Below, piece after piece: positions 21,060 to 32,044 of a stretch of 64,000 nt of DNA (positions are counted from its first letter, which is position 1; each line of letters starts with the position of its first letter). This stretch comes from Candidatus Poribacteria bacterium (GTDB lineage: Bacteria; Poribacteria; WGA-4E; PCPOR2b): the NCBI GenBank assembly GCA_965215015.1, contig OZ244042.1:5088001-5152000 (forward strand), given 5' to 3'. The notes beneath the pieces are model-generated. The model had not been told where the DNA came from. It ran no database searches and saw only the letters and a program-made list of their open reading frames with translations. The translations under genes were made by a program, and so were the position numbers.

Positions 21060-22997
21060 TTGAAAGATACCTCTGACACCCCAAAAAGCGGCTTAACGCT
21101 CAAGTCCCTCCTGACCACGCTGCTGCTCACTCCGATTAATGCGGCTTGGGTCATCCAACTGGAAGTAGTTCGCCATACCTGCCCAACGATTATCCATCCC
21201 TTCGCAAATGTAATTTTTATTTTCTTTTGGCTGCTTCTGATTCAGCACATACTGAATAAAGTTTCTCCCATACTCGGCCTTTCTCAGCAGGAATTACTAA
21301 CCATCTATATCATGTTGTGTATTGTCTCCTGTCTCTGTTCGTACGACTGCCTAGAAGTCTTGATTCCAATCATGGGACATCCGTTTCGGTTTGCAACGAT
21401 CGAAAACGAATGGCAACAACTGTTCATCAAGCAACTTCCCCATTGGCTCACTATCTCCGATGAAAAAGCACTAACCGCTTTCTATGAAGGCGATTCAAGC
21501 CTCTATAACAGGCATCATCTTAACGTATGGTTCATCCCTGCCGTTACGTGGATATTGTTCATCTTAGTGATGATGATTGTGATGGTGTGCATTAACACGC
21601 TGTTACGAGTGCAGTGGGCAGAACGTGAACGGTTGACCTATCCAATCATTCAACTTCCACTAGAAATGACCCATCCAAAATCGAGGTTCTTCAAAAACAG
21701 ACTGATGTGGCTCGGTTTCGGTATCATCTCGCTAATCGTGACCGTGAATATCCTTAACTCACTCTACCCATCGGTTCCCTATATCCCCATCAAACGTCAG
21801 GACATCCATCAGTATTTTACCCATCGCCCCTGGAACACGATAGGCGGGGTACGAATCTCTTTCTATCCTTTCGTCATCGGCATTAGCTTCCTTATACCGC
21901 TCGAACTTCTATTTTCATGTTGGGCGTTTTTCTGGGTTTACAAGATCGAACTGATGGTCGGTAGCCTGATGGGTTGGCGAAAGCTCCCACGCTTCCCTTA
22001 TGCCAGTGAACAGGCATTCGGTGCATATATGGCGATATTAGGATTCATACTCTGGAGAGGGAGATTGCATCTCAAAGGGTTAGTGCATCATCTGTTAGGA
22101 TCGCGTGCATCTGCGTCACAACTGGATGACTCTCGTGAACCGATGCCGTATCGCCTTGCCGTTGGAGGCATCGTCACTGGCACGGTCTTCTTGACGATTT
22201 TTTCCTACAAAGCAGGAATGTCGTTGTGGGTGATACCAATTTTTTTCGGGACCTACTTCTTATTAGGGATAATGGTTACAAGACTCCGTGCCGAATTAGG
22301 TCTCATGGTACACGATATGATTGGTATCGCGCCACATAGCATAATTATCACCGGTTTTGGCACACGTCAACTGGGTAAGGGTACGCTGACCACCTTTGCG
22401 TTGTACCTGTTCTTCACCCGCACCAACTGGGCAAATCCGATGCCGGAACCTCTCGAAGCCTTCAAAATATCGTCCTTGCGAAATATTAATTCCCGTAATA
22501 TGGCAGTTGCCATTCTGTTCGCAACGATTATCGGATCGGGGACCACCTTTTGGCTCCTGTTGGATATCTACTACCGGCATGGTGCAGCATCCGGATACTT
22601 CTATCCAAGCACGTTAGCGTTTGGACGCCACGCTTATGGTCTACTTGAGAATTGGCTGAGTTTTCCCCAAGGGTACGATGGGCCCGCACTTGCCTTTACA
22701 GGGGGTGGACTTGGGGTGGCGGGGTTGTTGATGTTTTTGCGAGCGCGCTTTTTGTGGTGGTCGCTTCACCCACTTGGTTATGCAATGGCAAATAGTTGGG
22801 GGATGTACAATCTATGGTGCTGTCTCTTTGTCGTTTGGGTCGCCAAGCTTATTATCCTACGTTATGGAGGCCTACGGGCGTATCAACGCGCGATTCCCTT
22901 CTTTTTGGGGTTGGCGTTGGGAGACTGTATAGCTGGCAGTATCGGGAGCATTTTAAGCATCCTTCTAAACACGCCTGTCTATGAATTTTTTCCCTAA
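21060..22997 (+). CDS. Polytopic membrane protein (DUF6785/DUF6784-like, OPT-related transporter candidate)
   Basis: Many hydrophobic segments; QW..RERLTYP, RLRAELG, WWSLHPLGY, RYGG.RAY...PFFLGL. Confidence 0.6.
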   Translation: MKDTSDTPKSGLTLKSLLTTLLLTPINAAWVIQLEVVRHTCPTIIHPFANVIFIFFWLLLIQHILNKVSPILGLSQQELLTIYIMLCIVSCLCSYDCLEVLIPIMGHPFRFATIENEWQQLFIKQLPHWLTISDEKALTAFYEGDSSLYNRHHLNVWFIPAVTWILFILVMMIVMVCINTLLRVQWAERERLTYPIIQLPLEMTHPKSRFFKNRLMWLGFGIISLIVTVNILNSLYPSVPYIPIKRQDIHQYFTHRPWNTIGGVRISFYPFVIGISFLIPLELLFSCWAFFWVYKIELMVGSLMGWRKLPRFPYASEQAFGAYMAILGFILWRGRLHLKGLVHHLLGSRASASQLDDSREPMPYRLAVGGIVTGTVFLTIFSYKAGMSLWVIPIFFGTYFLLGIMVTRLRAELGLMVHDMIGIAPHSIIITGFGTRQLGKGTLTTFALYLFFTRTNWANPMPEPLEAFKISSLRNINSRNMAVAILFATIIGSGTTFWLLLDIYYRHGAASGYFYPSTLAFGRHAYGLLENWLSFPQGYDGPALAFTGGGLGVAGLLMFLRARFLWWSLHPLGYAMANSWGMYNLWCCLFVVWVAKLIILRYGGLRAYQRAIPFFLGLALGDCIAGSIGSILSILLNTPVYEFFP

Positions 22998-23386
22998 GCG
23001 ATTCAGGTACGTAAAAAAAAGTAATTCCGTTAGGACTTACGCAGTTGAACGTTCTCAGTCTTGCGCTGCGTTGACCACACCTCCCCTAACTCCCCCTTGT
23101 ATTGGGTCGGGCTGAGCTCGCTGGCGATCGAATCCGCCTCCGAAGCCAAGCGGGCGATACGTCGGTCAAAGGGCTCGCGTTCGTGGAGGTTTGTAAGCCG
23201 TTCTTTGGCGTACAGCTCACGCCCCTATTGGTCAATAATCCCTTCAAACTCCCAAATGACGGGTTGATGTCCGCCAAGGCGAGGACATTATCAAGCTTAG
23301 CCTGCCTCGTGGGATTTGTCGATTTGAGATTAAGACAGCTTCATATATTTTCCTCCTTTACGCAGATTGGCAGTGTTACAGTCCCT

Positions 23387-24454
23387 TCACTCAAAAGCCA
23401 GCACTGTCCGCGCAACTTTCCCTTGGTTCATATCGTCGAAAGCTTCGTTGAGTTCGTCCAGTGGACGGTAGCGCGAGATAAGTTCGTCGAGTTTAATCTT
23501 CCCCTGATTGTATAGATCTAGAATCCAGAGAAAATCAACACGCGCCCGGGCAGCACCATGGAAAGCACCCATCAGTGTTCGATCCTGTAGCAGATGCCAG
23601 CCATCAACTGAAATCTCCTCGTCCGTGGGTTGTACCCCAACTACCACGGCGGTTCCGGTGGTACGGATTGAGTCGATCGCTTGTCGCACCAGCCCTGGGA
23701 ATCCGACCACCTCGAAGGCGTAGTCAGCACCTCCGCCGGTGATCTCTTTGATTCGCTGGACAGGATCCTCCTTAGAAGCATTGACGAAATGCGTGGCACC
23801 CATCTGCTCTGCCAACTCCAACTTATATGGAAACCTATCAATCGCGATGATTTTGCCTGCCGAAGCGAGGACACCACCTTGGATGACGTTCAGACCGACC
23901 CCGCCGCAGCCGAACACTGCCATTGCGGCACCGGCTTCGACCTTCGCACGATTGACGACAGCACCGATGCCGGTGATGACCGCACAACTGATGAGGCAAG
24001 TTTTTTCGAGCGGTGTGTCGCCCGGAACTTTGACGCAGGCATCGGCATGAACAATCGTTTGTTCAACAAAGGTTGGTCTACTATGGTAGACCGGCTCGCC
24101 GTTTTTTGTCATCCGGCTTACAGCCCCGGGGGGATGCGTCTCACACAATGCAGGACTGCCGTTGCTGCAGTTGCGGCAGTAACCACACATGGCGTCAAGA
24201 GATAGGATGATTTTGTCCCCGGCCGCGACGCTAGTTACACCGGGCCCAACCTCTCGGACGATACCCGCACCTTCGTGTCCCATGACCCACGGAGTTTGCT
24301 CACGCTTGACGTGACCATCTACAGAGTGGTAGTCGCTGTGACAAACACCCGCACCAACAATGTCGAGCAACACTTCACCCACTTGCGGTGGTTGGATTTC
24401 GAGCTCCTCAATAGATACGGGAGCGTGGGGTTGGTAAAAGACCGCTGCTTTCAT
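23387..24454 (-). CDS. Zn-dependent alcohol dehydrogenase (class III-like)
   Basis: GVCHSD, GHEGAG, CGYCRNC, GCGGVGL; start at MKAAV after GGAGG. Confidence 0.9.
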   Translation of the reverse strand: MKAAVFYQPHAPVSIEELEIQPPQVGEVLLDIVGAGVCHSDYHSVDGHVKREQTPWVMGHEGAGIVREVGPGVTSVAAGDKIILSLDAMCGYCRNCSNGSPALCETHPPGAVSRMTKNGEPVYHSRPTFVEQTIVHADACVKVPGDTPLEKTCLISCAVITGIGAVVNRAKVEAGAAMAVFGCGGVGLNVIQGGVLASAGKIIAIDRFPYKLELAEQMGATHFVNASKEDPVQRIKEITGGGADYAFEVVGFPGLVRQAIDSIRTTGTAVVVGVQPTDEEISVDGWHLLQDRTLMGAFHGAARARVDFLWILDLYNQGKIKLDELISRYRPLDELNEAFDDMNQGKVARTVLAFE

Positions 24455-25016
24455 GGTTTCCTCCAATCTTCTCATAAGGTATGGTCAGACGATAAGCTAT
24501 TTTGGGGTGGCTTGTGCTTTTGGTATCGTCTTATCGTGGTGGTAAACCCAGATGTCTATTCAGAGATTTAGTCCACCACCCCAACTTAGTATGTCAATAG
24601 TATAGCAAAGGATACAAAAAAGTGCTACCTCATTGTTAGCTGAAACTCCAATCCTCTGCTCGGATAAGATTGGGATTCAAAGCAACTTAAAGCGTTCATG
24701 GTAGTACGCATGCTCCGTCGTGCCGTAAACCACACAATCGTTATATGGTTGGGCTAACACGCAACTGCCATTAAAATCCCAACCCCAATGGGAACAAAAT
24801 ATCTCCAACCCCGTCGGTAGGGCATCTTGTCCCATCTACTGCCTGAGCCCCCTATCTGTATTCGTGTAATCTGCTGCATCTATTAAATCCGCGATTCAGA
24901 CAACTATTATGAGCACCCCTCAGTTAAAATAGGTAGACACGAACGATAAAAAAAAGTAGAATAGGTTGGAAGGTTGTAGAGACAGAACACCCACCCGGCA
25001 AACGGAGGAAGAATTG

Positions 25017-26567
25017 ATGACAAAAGAAACGAAAGATTTCGCGCAAGGCGAGAGTGCCGCTATCGCTAGAGACATCTCGGCGCAGGGCGATTGGGTGCCG
25101 CTGATTGATTGGTCCTCCACCTATCCCGGCAATCGTGGGGTCAATCGGGTGGGGCACTATGAACTGTACGACGCACCCGTTGGTGTCCGTATCACGATCG
25201 AGGAAGCGCAGAAAGTGGGACCAATACTTGCAGCAGATCAGGAGTGGGACGGACGCGGTTCACTAGTGCCGCTCCGTATCTGGCGCGACGCGGAACGATA
25301 CCATCTGCTCTATAGCTCACATCCGCGTGTAACGGGTTATCCGGGACTCGGCAGTGGGCATTACCTCTGCTACGCGACAAGCGAGGATGGCTATAACTGG
25401 ACGTGTCCTCATCTGGGTCAAGTTGAATGGAAGGGATCAACCACCAACAACATCATTGCGAACGGACCAACAGGCACGCCCTTTGAAGATCCACAAGCCC
25501 CTCCCGAAGAGCGGTTCAAAGCCATCGGTCAGGTTGGAGCCAATTTCGATCCCGACACCGAGGAGAGACTCGATCCACAGGAGGCTTACAACCGATGGCG
25601 CAGGCAGGAGTATGAAGGGGCCGCTTACAAGGGGCCGCGTATGACCTCTCGCCACTGGGTAGAGGGTTGGACTTCACCGGATGGTATCCATTGGAAAAGC
25701 GTAGGTCAGCTGGGGGATATGAGCTCTGATGGCGGCAGTGCAGCCCAATACGATCCGGATACCCACAGCTATTTCGCGTACATCCGGGTTGGCGGGATGG
25801 GACGGCGGGCGACTGGTTTGACTCGCACTACGGATTTTTGGCATTGGCCCCACGCTGAACTGTGTCTCTTTCCGGATCCGCAGGACCCGCCGGATGTGTC
25901 GTTTTATGGCTGCAGCTACTTCCGCTATCCAACTGACAAACGCCTGCACGGTGCCTTCGTGGAAATCTACCATCAGGTAACGGATCATAATGATGCACAG
26001 ATTGCGTTTACCCGCGACATGACGCACTGGTACCGCCCGGAACGTCGATCGATTATCCCATGTGGTCCATCCGGTAGCCCCGACTCAGGTGGAGCAAGAC
26101 CTTGGGGTGGGCTTTTTGAGCTGCCCGATGGCTATTGGGCAACGATGTATCGTGGACACACATCGCTTCACAACTACCGAGAAAGCGAACCAGCCATCGA
26201 ACCCAAACCGGGTGTGCTGATGCTCGCCCGCTGGTTGCCGCATCGATTCTGCGGTATCGAAGCGGAAATGGAAGGGCGATTCACCATTCCGACTGTCAAA
26301 CACCGCAACAACGAGTTGCGTCTCAACTACCGGTGCCGCAACGGCGGCTATATCGCTTGTGAGTTGATTCGGGGGGTGCCCTCGCGAATCCATCCTGACG
26401 CAGATCCAATCCCCGGTTACTCCTTTGCGGAGAGCAATCTGCTAACCGGCGATGAACTCAGTCGATCAGTCACATGGAGAGGCAAGAGCGATATATCGGG
26501 TATCGGTGGAAGCCTCGCGATACGGCTGCGTATGTTTCAGGCAAAAGTGTTTGCCTATTCTGTCTGA
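25017..26567 (+). CDS. Glycosidase-like five-bladed beta-propeller protein
   Basis: Asp-box-like ATSEDGYNW, TSPDGIHW, TRDMTHW; C-terminal beta-sandwich (LRLNY, VTWRG, KVFAY). Confidence 0.55.
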   Translation: MTKETKDFAQGESAAIARDISAQGDWVPLIDWSSTYPGNRGVNRVGHYELYDAPVGVRITIEEAQKVGPILAADQEWDGRGSLVPLRIWRDAERYHLLYSSHPRVTGYPGLGSGHYLCYATSEDGYNWTCPHLGQVEWKGSTTNNIIANGPTGTPFEDPQAPPEERFKAIGQVGANFDPDTEERLDPQEAYNRWRRQEYEGAAYKGPRMTSRHWVEGWTSPDGIHWKSVGQLGDMSSDGGSAAQYDPDTHSYFAYIRVGGMGRRATGLTRTTDFWHWPHAELCLFPDPQDPPDVSFYGCSYFRYPTDKRLHGAFVEIYHQVTDHNDAQIAFTRDMTHWYRPERRSIIPCGPSGSPDSGGARPWGGLFELPDGYWATMYRGHTSLHNYRESEPAIEPKPGVLMLARWLPHRFCGIEAEMEGRFTIPTVKHRNNELRLNYRCRNGGYIACELIRGVPSRIHPDADPIPGYSFAESNLLTGDELSRSVTWRGKSDISGIGGSLAIRLRMFQAKVFAYSV

Positions 26568-26925
26568 ATAGGTATGCTGCGGCCTAAATTCAAATGCTCA
26601 ACTACTTGAGGGAGGTGCGCCATTATTGTCTGAATCACGGATTCGACAGATTGAGCGAAAAACATGGATAATCCAATAGGGCAACCATGAGGGTTGCCCT
26701 CCTGTAGGTCAATTTTCCAAAATCGAAAAGACCGAGAACATTGCGCTATAGAATACCGGACACTGTTACGCCACACGATTGGCTCAATCCGCCCGGCACA
26801 TTACGCGAGAGTCCGGGTGTTTTGTCGAGCTATGAATCTCGACCAACTAACAGCATTTGTGGAATTGGCGGCAGTAAGATGTCAACACGCCCTAGCAACT
26901 TGAGTTAATAAATCTAAACGTTCGA

Positions 26926-27657
26926 CTACTTGGGACCGTCCAACAACCCTCGCAGTACCGGCAGGTCCGTTTTGTACGCATCAACGGTCGAGTTTGGAGC
27001 ACTGTTATCCTCGGGATGTGGCGTCGGGTTGCTCCACCCCTGATAATGTCCACCCCACAGGTGCCGTAGTTCGGAAGAACTCCCGCGCTTGGAGCAATGC
27101 CATACAGCAGTGTCAAAGATGACCGCCGATCCCGGCGGAACCACAACCTCCACCTGTCCTTCCCATTCCGACCCAACATCGCCTTTTGGCTCGACCGAAT
27201 GGTTTAGACCACGCGGTAGAACGATTAAGGGGCCAATGTGGGAACCGGATCCATCCACGTAGATATTGCAGAGCACCCGCTCCGGATTCTCCCGCTGAAG
27301 CCCTGTCGGGGGAATCTCCCATGCATAGTGAACGTGCCAGTTGGTGAGGGTTTCTCCTACGAGCGCGTTGTTAAAAACAGCAGCACCGCTGTGTGCAAGG
27401 CGAACATCATCCTGAAAGACCTCTGCCATAGCATCTACAACAACCGCCTTTGCAAAGAAAGGGGACATCTTCGGCCCCCACTCTAAGAGCGGGTGAAAAC
27501 TGATAGTTGGACGCTCGGACGAAAAACCGTTCTTGTCGTCACACAATTGCTTGAAAATAGTACGCATCTGTTCGCATTCCCGGTTATCATAGACTGACTC
27601 AAGCACACAATAGCCGCGTTCAATAATTTCACGCGCTTTCGATTTCAGGTCAAACAT
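26926..27657 (-). CDS. Phytanoyl-CoA dioxygenase (PhyH) family protein
   Basis: ERGYCVL, WHVH, PGSAVIFDTAVWH, R; start after GGAGGT. Confidence 0.75.
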   Translation of the reverse strand: MFDLKSKAREIIERGYCVLESVYDNRECEQMRTIFKQLCDDKNGFSSERPTISFHPLLEWGPKMSPFFAKAVVVDAMAEVFQDDVRLAHSGAAVFNNALVGETLTNWHVHYAWEIPPTGLQRENPERVLCNIYVDGSGSHIGPLIVLPRGLNHSVEPKGDVGSEWEGQVEVVVPPGSAVIFDTAVWHCSKRGSSSELRHLWGGHYQGWSNPTPHPEDNSAPNSTVDAYKTDLPVLRGLLDGPK

Positions 27658-27815
27658 TGTGAACACCTCCCGATTGAAAATTTAATACAGCATAGCACGG
27701 CATGGTGGCTGCGTCAATTGCCAAACGAAAAAGCTGGATTTGTGTTGAGTAAGTGCCACAGGTATGATAAGATGGCAGACATTCGCGGATTGATAGTTGA
27801 GCGAGGAGAATCGTT

Positions 27816-28643
27816 GTGATAACAACAGAACAGATTGCCCACTTCCAGACGTTCGGCTTTTTGGCATTGAAACAAGCGTTCTCTTTCGACGAGATGGCGG
27901 AGATTAGCCGGATTTTCGACAACATCCTTGAGGAAGACCGGCAGGGTCAGCCCTCCCTAGACGAGAAGCAGCAGTCAAGATACCATCGGCTACAGTCAAT
28001 CTATGGGATTGCTGGGAGAGACCCGTTGCTGACAGGACTTGTGGCAGATGACCGTATTTACGAGACTGTCTCCCAGTTGTTGGGACACGGCTGCCGCTGG
28101 CTCTGCTCTGAGGGACACCGCTACCTTGGGGATACGAAATGGCATCCAGATGGGGGGAGCACCCAAGACTACCCATTTATAAAGGTTTCATTGTATCTTG
28201 ATCCACTCATGAAAGATACCGGCTGCTTACGTGTAATCCCCGGTTCGCACCGGTCGCCGTTGCACGATGCCCTGAAAAAATTGGCAGACCGGGAGGGACC
28301 TGCAGATCGATCGACTCCACGGATTGATGTCCCCGGAACCGAGGTGCCGTCCTTTCCGCTCGAATCAAAGCCCGGAGACATCTTTTTCTTAAACATGAAT
28401 CTCTGGCACGCCTCATTTGGCGGTAAACCCGGCAGGCGTCACCTAGCGTTAAATTTCACACCTGAACCGACACATCCAGAACATATCGCAATGCTGAAGA
28501 AGGACTATCAAGGTGTCCTGAACTTGATGAAACAGGTACAGCCCGGACAGCCGGGGCGGGTGTTTTCAGATGCTTTCCTCCAGAGCGATAATCAGCGTAT
28601 TCAGCAGCTGGTGTCCACTTGGGTGGAGTTGGGATTGAAATAA
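27816..28643 (+). CDS. Phytanoyl-CoA dioxygenase (PhyH) family protein
   Basis: FQTFGFL, WHPD, GCLRVIPGSH, PGD...LWHAS, RR. Confidence 0.88.
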   Translation: MITTEQIAHFQTFGFLALKQAFSFDEMAEISRIFDNILEEDRQGQPSLDEKQQSRYHRLQSIYGIAGRDPLLTGLVADDRIYETVSQLLGHGCRWLCSEGHRYLGDTKWHPDGGSTQDYPFIKVSLYLDPLMKDTGCLRVIPGSHRSPLHDALKKLADREGPADRSTPRIDVPGTEVPSFPLESKPGDIFFLNMNLWHASFGGKPGRRHLALNFTPEPTHPEHIAMLKKDYQGVLNLMKQVQPGQPGRVFSDAFLQSDNQRIQQLVSTWVELGLK

Positions 28644-28725
28644 TTCGTAAGTGTAGGGAACGTAGATCTGTGTTCCCTACACAATTGATATAGGATTTAT
28701 ATAACCATTTCATCTGCTAAAAACT

Positions 28726-29691
28726 ATGCAATATACAACACTCGGTAAGACAGGGCTTCAGGTAAGTGTGGCGGGACTTGGCTGCGGTGGATATAGCCGG
28801 TTGGGTCTGGCGACCGGCAGAAGTAAGGTTCAATCTATTGCCCTAGTCCAACAAGCCATTGACCAAGGGGTCAACTTCATCGACACAGCCCGGACCTACC
28901 GCACAGAAGCCATCGTTGGTAAGGCATTAAAGGAACGGAATCGGGACGAATTAGTGATTTCGACCAAGACTACGCTCGCTGATGACACAGGTCGAAAACC
29001 ACCGGCGCAGGTGGTCAGAGAATTGGAAGCCTCTTTGCGGAAGATGGATCTGAATTTTGTAGATGTGTTTCATCTGCACGGCGTTCAACCTTCGGGCTAC
29101 GACCATGCTGTCGAAAAAATAGTTCCTGCGCTGCTGCGGGAGCGAGAAAAAGGGAAATTCTGCTTTCTCGGTATCACGGAGGTTCCCCCCAAAGACCCCC
29201 ATCACCAGACGCTTGAACGGGCGGTTCAACAGGACTGCTTCGATGTGGTGATGGTCGCTTTCCACCTTATGCACCAATCAGCACGCGAGAAGGTTTTCAA
29301 ATACACGCTCCCGAAAGGGATAGGTGTGTTGAATATGTTTGCCGTGCGACTGTTGTTCAGCCAGCCGGGCAGATTGAATCGGGTGGTTACACAATTAGCG
29401 GAAGAGAGAAAATTGCCCGCTTGGCTGGCGGGAACAGAGGATTCGCTCGGTTTTTTGATTCACCCGGACGGTGCTCGCACGATTATTGACGCAGCATACC
29501 GGTATTGCCGTCATGAACCCGGTACGGACGTGATACTCTTCGGCACAGGCAGCCCAACCCATCTGCGGTCGAATATCGATTCCATTCTGAGCGGTCCTTT
29601 GCCAGCAGCCGATCTCGGACGGATTAAAGAGCTGTTTGGGGCATTAGTGGATGTCGGTCTAGATGCGCCGGGGAAGCAGCGTCCCACTTGA
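28726..29691 (+). CDS. Aldo/keto reductase
   Basis: LGKTGLQVS..GLG, FIDTARTY, ISTK, DVFHLH. Confidence 0.9.
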   Translation: MQYTTLGKTGLQVSVAGLGCGGYSRLGLATGRSKVQSIALVQQAIDQGVNFIDTARTYRTEAIVGKALKERNRDELVISTKTTLADDTGRKPPAQVVRELEASLRKMDLNFVDVFHLHGVQPSGYDHAVEKIVPALLREREKGKFCFLGITEVPPKDPHHQTLERAVQQDCFDVVMVAFHLMHQSAREKVFKYTLPKGIGVLNMFAVRLLFSQPGRLNRVVTQLAEERKLPAWLAGTEDSLGFLIHPDGARTIIDAAYRYCRHEPGTDVILFGTGSPTHLRSNIDSILSGPLPAADLGRIKELFGALVDVGLDAPGKQRPT

Positions 29692-29862
29692 AATCAATCT
29701 TTGTACCTTCCCACCAAATTTGTCTCACGGGCCTCCTTTATTCTGTTAAATAGCGTACTCTTAACTATACATCTGTCGTCCCATACCGATGCTGCAATCA
29801 GGATTTTACTGCGCTCAACTTGAGGGGATTGGGGACAATCGGTTTTTGGTAGATTAACCAAA

Positions 29863-30168
29863 GTAGTAGGCACGTCCCCCTCGAATCCCGAATCCCTACA
29901 CAGTTCTTTTCCCCTGCTTTGCCCTCCCCCTGCTTGCGGGGGGACTGAGGGGGTGGGGTTCTTAGGCGGGCTTAGCGGGCGGAAGGGGGGACGGCATACG
30001 AAGCATGCCTACTACTAGCAACACACTATGGGGCGACAAAATACCCCGAACTATTGCGTCACACGATTGGCTCAAGCCGCCCGGAACGTTACATTATAGT
30101 CCGGGTGTTTATGGCTTGGATATGTCTATCCAAGCCGATCGGATTTGACTATTAGCAACTTGAGTTAT
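29863..30168. repeat. Cluster of REP/MITE modules
   Basis: GTAGTAGGCACG, CCCCTGCTTGCGGGGGG, GGCATACGAAGCATGCCTACTAC, TAGCAACTTGAGTTA, all recurring elsewhere in the window. Confidence 0.65.
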
Positions 30169-30263
30169 TAGAATTTACTTGCAGCGTATCAAAATCTGAT
30201 ATAGAATTGGGATATTGTTAAAAATTTTTAGGGAAATTGATTTGCGATTTCAAGGAGTGATTT

Positions 30264-31217
30264 ATGGCGACAAACGCAACATTATCCATACCGCGCCGCC
30301 GTTTGGGACGGACAGAGCTGAGTATCCCCGTCGTTCCCTTTGGGACACAGGGGTTCGGTAACCATTTCGGTTTTGTTTCCGATGAGGATGCCATCGTCCT
30401 CATCAAACACGCCATCAATATCGGTGTTAACCATTTCGACTGTGCCCGCTGCTATGGAGATTCTCTCCGTAAACTCGGCCTGGCGTTGAAGGAGATACCA
30501 CGCGAGGATGTGATAATTACCGGGCGCCTTTGCTGCCATTCCGCAGCAGAATGGGGAGGTTACGGGGAGGGAAGCCCCGATTATTCTGCCGACCGTGTGA
30601 TTGCGGATGTCGAAGATCAGCTACAGTTGCTCGGTACAGACTATTTCGACGGTATGCTGATTCATGATCCGTCCGAAATTGAGCCAACGCTTGAGAAGGG
30701 GGGAACGTTAGACGGTGTGCTACAGTGCAAAGGGTCGGGGTTGGTTCATTTTGTCGGCTACGGGATGCGCCCCCACGATTTCCATCTGAAGGCTATTGCC
30801 ACCGGCGACGTCGATCTCCTCTTGTGCTTTAACGATTACAACTTAGTCCGGCAGACCGCCGCGGATACCGTTCTGCCGGCCGCCGCCGAAGCCGATGTCG
30901 GCATTATGAACGGTTGGTCAATTCTGCGTGGGTTGCTGACAGGGGTTGACATTGACGCGGAAGTAGAACAAGGGCGATGGAACAATCACCCCGACCTTGA
31001 ATCTGCAAGGGCGAGATGGAAGTGGTGCCAAGAAGAAGGAATAGATTTGCTCCAATTAGCTCTTCAGTTTTGCCTGCGGGACGATCGGATTCATGGCAAC
31101 AACATCGGTTCGCTCAACATCGAGCAGTTGGAAGCAAACGTGCGGGCGGCGAGTACGCCTCTCACCGACGAGGTATGGGAAAAATATGACGCGCAGTTCG
31201 GTGATGAGATGAACTGA
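30264..31217 (+). CDS. Aldo/keto reductase
   Basis: RRLGRTEL, HFDCARCY, DGMLIH, QLALQF, EQLEAN. Confidence 0.88.
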   Translation: MATNATLSIPRRRLGRTELSIPVVPFGTQGFGNHFGFVSDEDAIVLIKHAINIGVNHFDCARCYGDSLRKLGLALKEIPREDVIITGRLCCHSAAEWGGYGEGSPDYSADRVIADVEDQLQLLGTDYFDGMLIHDPSEIEPTLEKGGTLDGVLQCKGSGLVHFVGYGMRPHDFHLKAIATGDVDLLLCFNDYNLVRQTAADTVLPAAAEADVGIMNGWSILRGLLTGVDIDAEVEQGRWNNHPDLESARARWKWCQEEGIDLLQLALQFCLRDDRIHGNNIGSLNIEQLEANVRAASTPLTDEVWEKYDAQFGDEMN

Positions 31218-31257
31218 TTTTCGTCTCTCATAGGACAGCTCTGTCGAGGTAAAACCG

Positions 31258-32010
31258 ATGACTTCGCCCTCTCATTCATGGGATTTCCCACCAAAGACAC
31301 TTATATTACCAAACAACGCCGTTCACGTTTGGCGGGCCTCTTTGCATGCCTCTGCCTCCTACCTGCATACCCTTGAGAGCAAGCTCACGGCGGACGAGCG
31401 TGCAAGAGCCGAACGATTCTACTTCCAGCAACACCGGGAACACTTTATCGCCGGGCGCGGGCTGCTGCGGAATATCCTGAGCCGTTATCTGGATAGGGAA
31501 CCGAATCAGCTGCGCTTTTGTTATAATTCTTACGGAAAGCCAGCCTTGATCGAAGAGACTGACACTGAAAGACTGTGCTTCAACTTGTCTCACTCCCACG
31601 GAATAGCTCTCTACGCCATCACCCGCGGACGGGAAATCGGTATCGATATCGAGTATTTTCGTTGTGATATTGAAGCCGAGAAACTCGCTGATAGATTCTT
31701 CTCACCACGAGAGGCGACTGTCCTCCGCGCTCTCCCTGAACACTTGCGGAAAGAGGGATTCTTTAACTGTTGGACGCGCAAGGAAGCCTATATCAAGGCA
31801 GAAGGAAAGGGACTTTCCATCCCTTTGAATGCGTTCGATGTTTCGCTGATGCCGGGGGAGCCAGCAGCATTGCTGCGTACCCAAAAGCATCCCCAAGAAG
31901 CTGCCTGTTGGTCTCTGCAAGCGTTAAACCCTGCGCCCGGTTACGCAGCGGCACTTGCGGTGAAGGGACATGACTGGGAACTGAAATGTTGGCGATGGTC
32001 CCCAGCGTAG
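31258..32010 (+). CDS. Sfp-type 4'-phosphopantetheinyl transferase
   Basis: YGKP, FNLSHS, IGIDIE, WTRKEAYIKA.G.GL. Confidence 0.93.
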   Translation: MTSPSHSWDFPPKTLILPNNAVHVWRASLHASASYLHTLESKLTADERARAERFYFQQHREHFIAGRGLLRNILSRYLDREPNQLRFCYNSYGKPALIEETDTERLCFNLSHSHGIALYAITRGREIGIDIEYFRCDIEAEKLADRFFSPREATVLRALPEHLRKEGFFNCWTRKEAYIKAEGKGLSIPLNAFDVSLMPGEPAALLRTQKHPQEAACWSLQALNPAPGYAAALAVKGHDWELKCWRWSPA

Positions 32011-32044
32011 GTGGTATGCGTTGGTGGCATGTATCAATAACAGA

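Noticed and set aside
23090-23300. Coding-looking minus-strand fragment (PVIWEFEGIIDQ*GRELYAKERL...)
   Set aside because: Possibly a gene remnant beside a MITE end, but I cannot assign a family.
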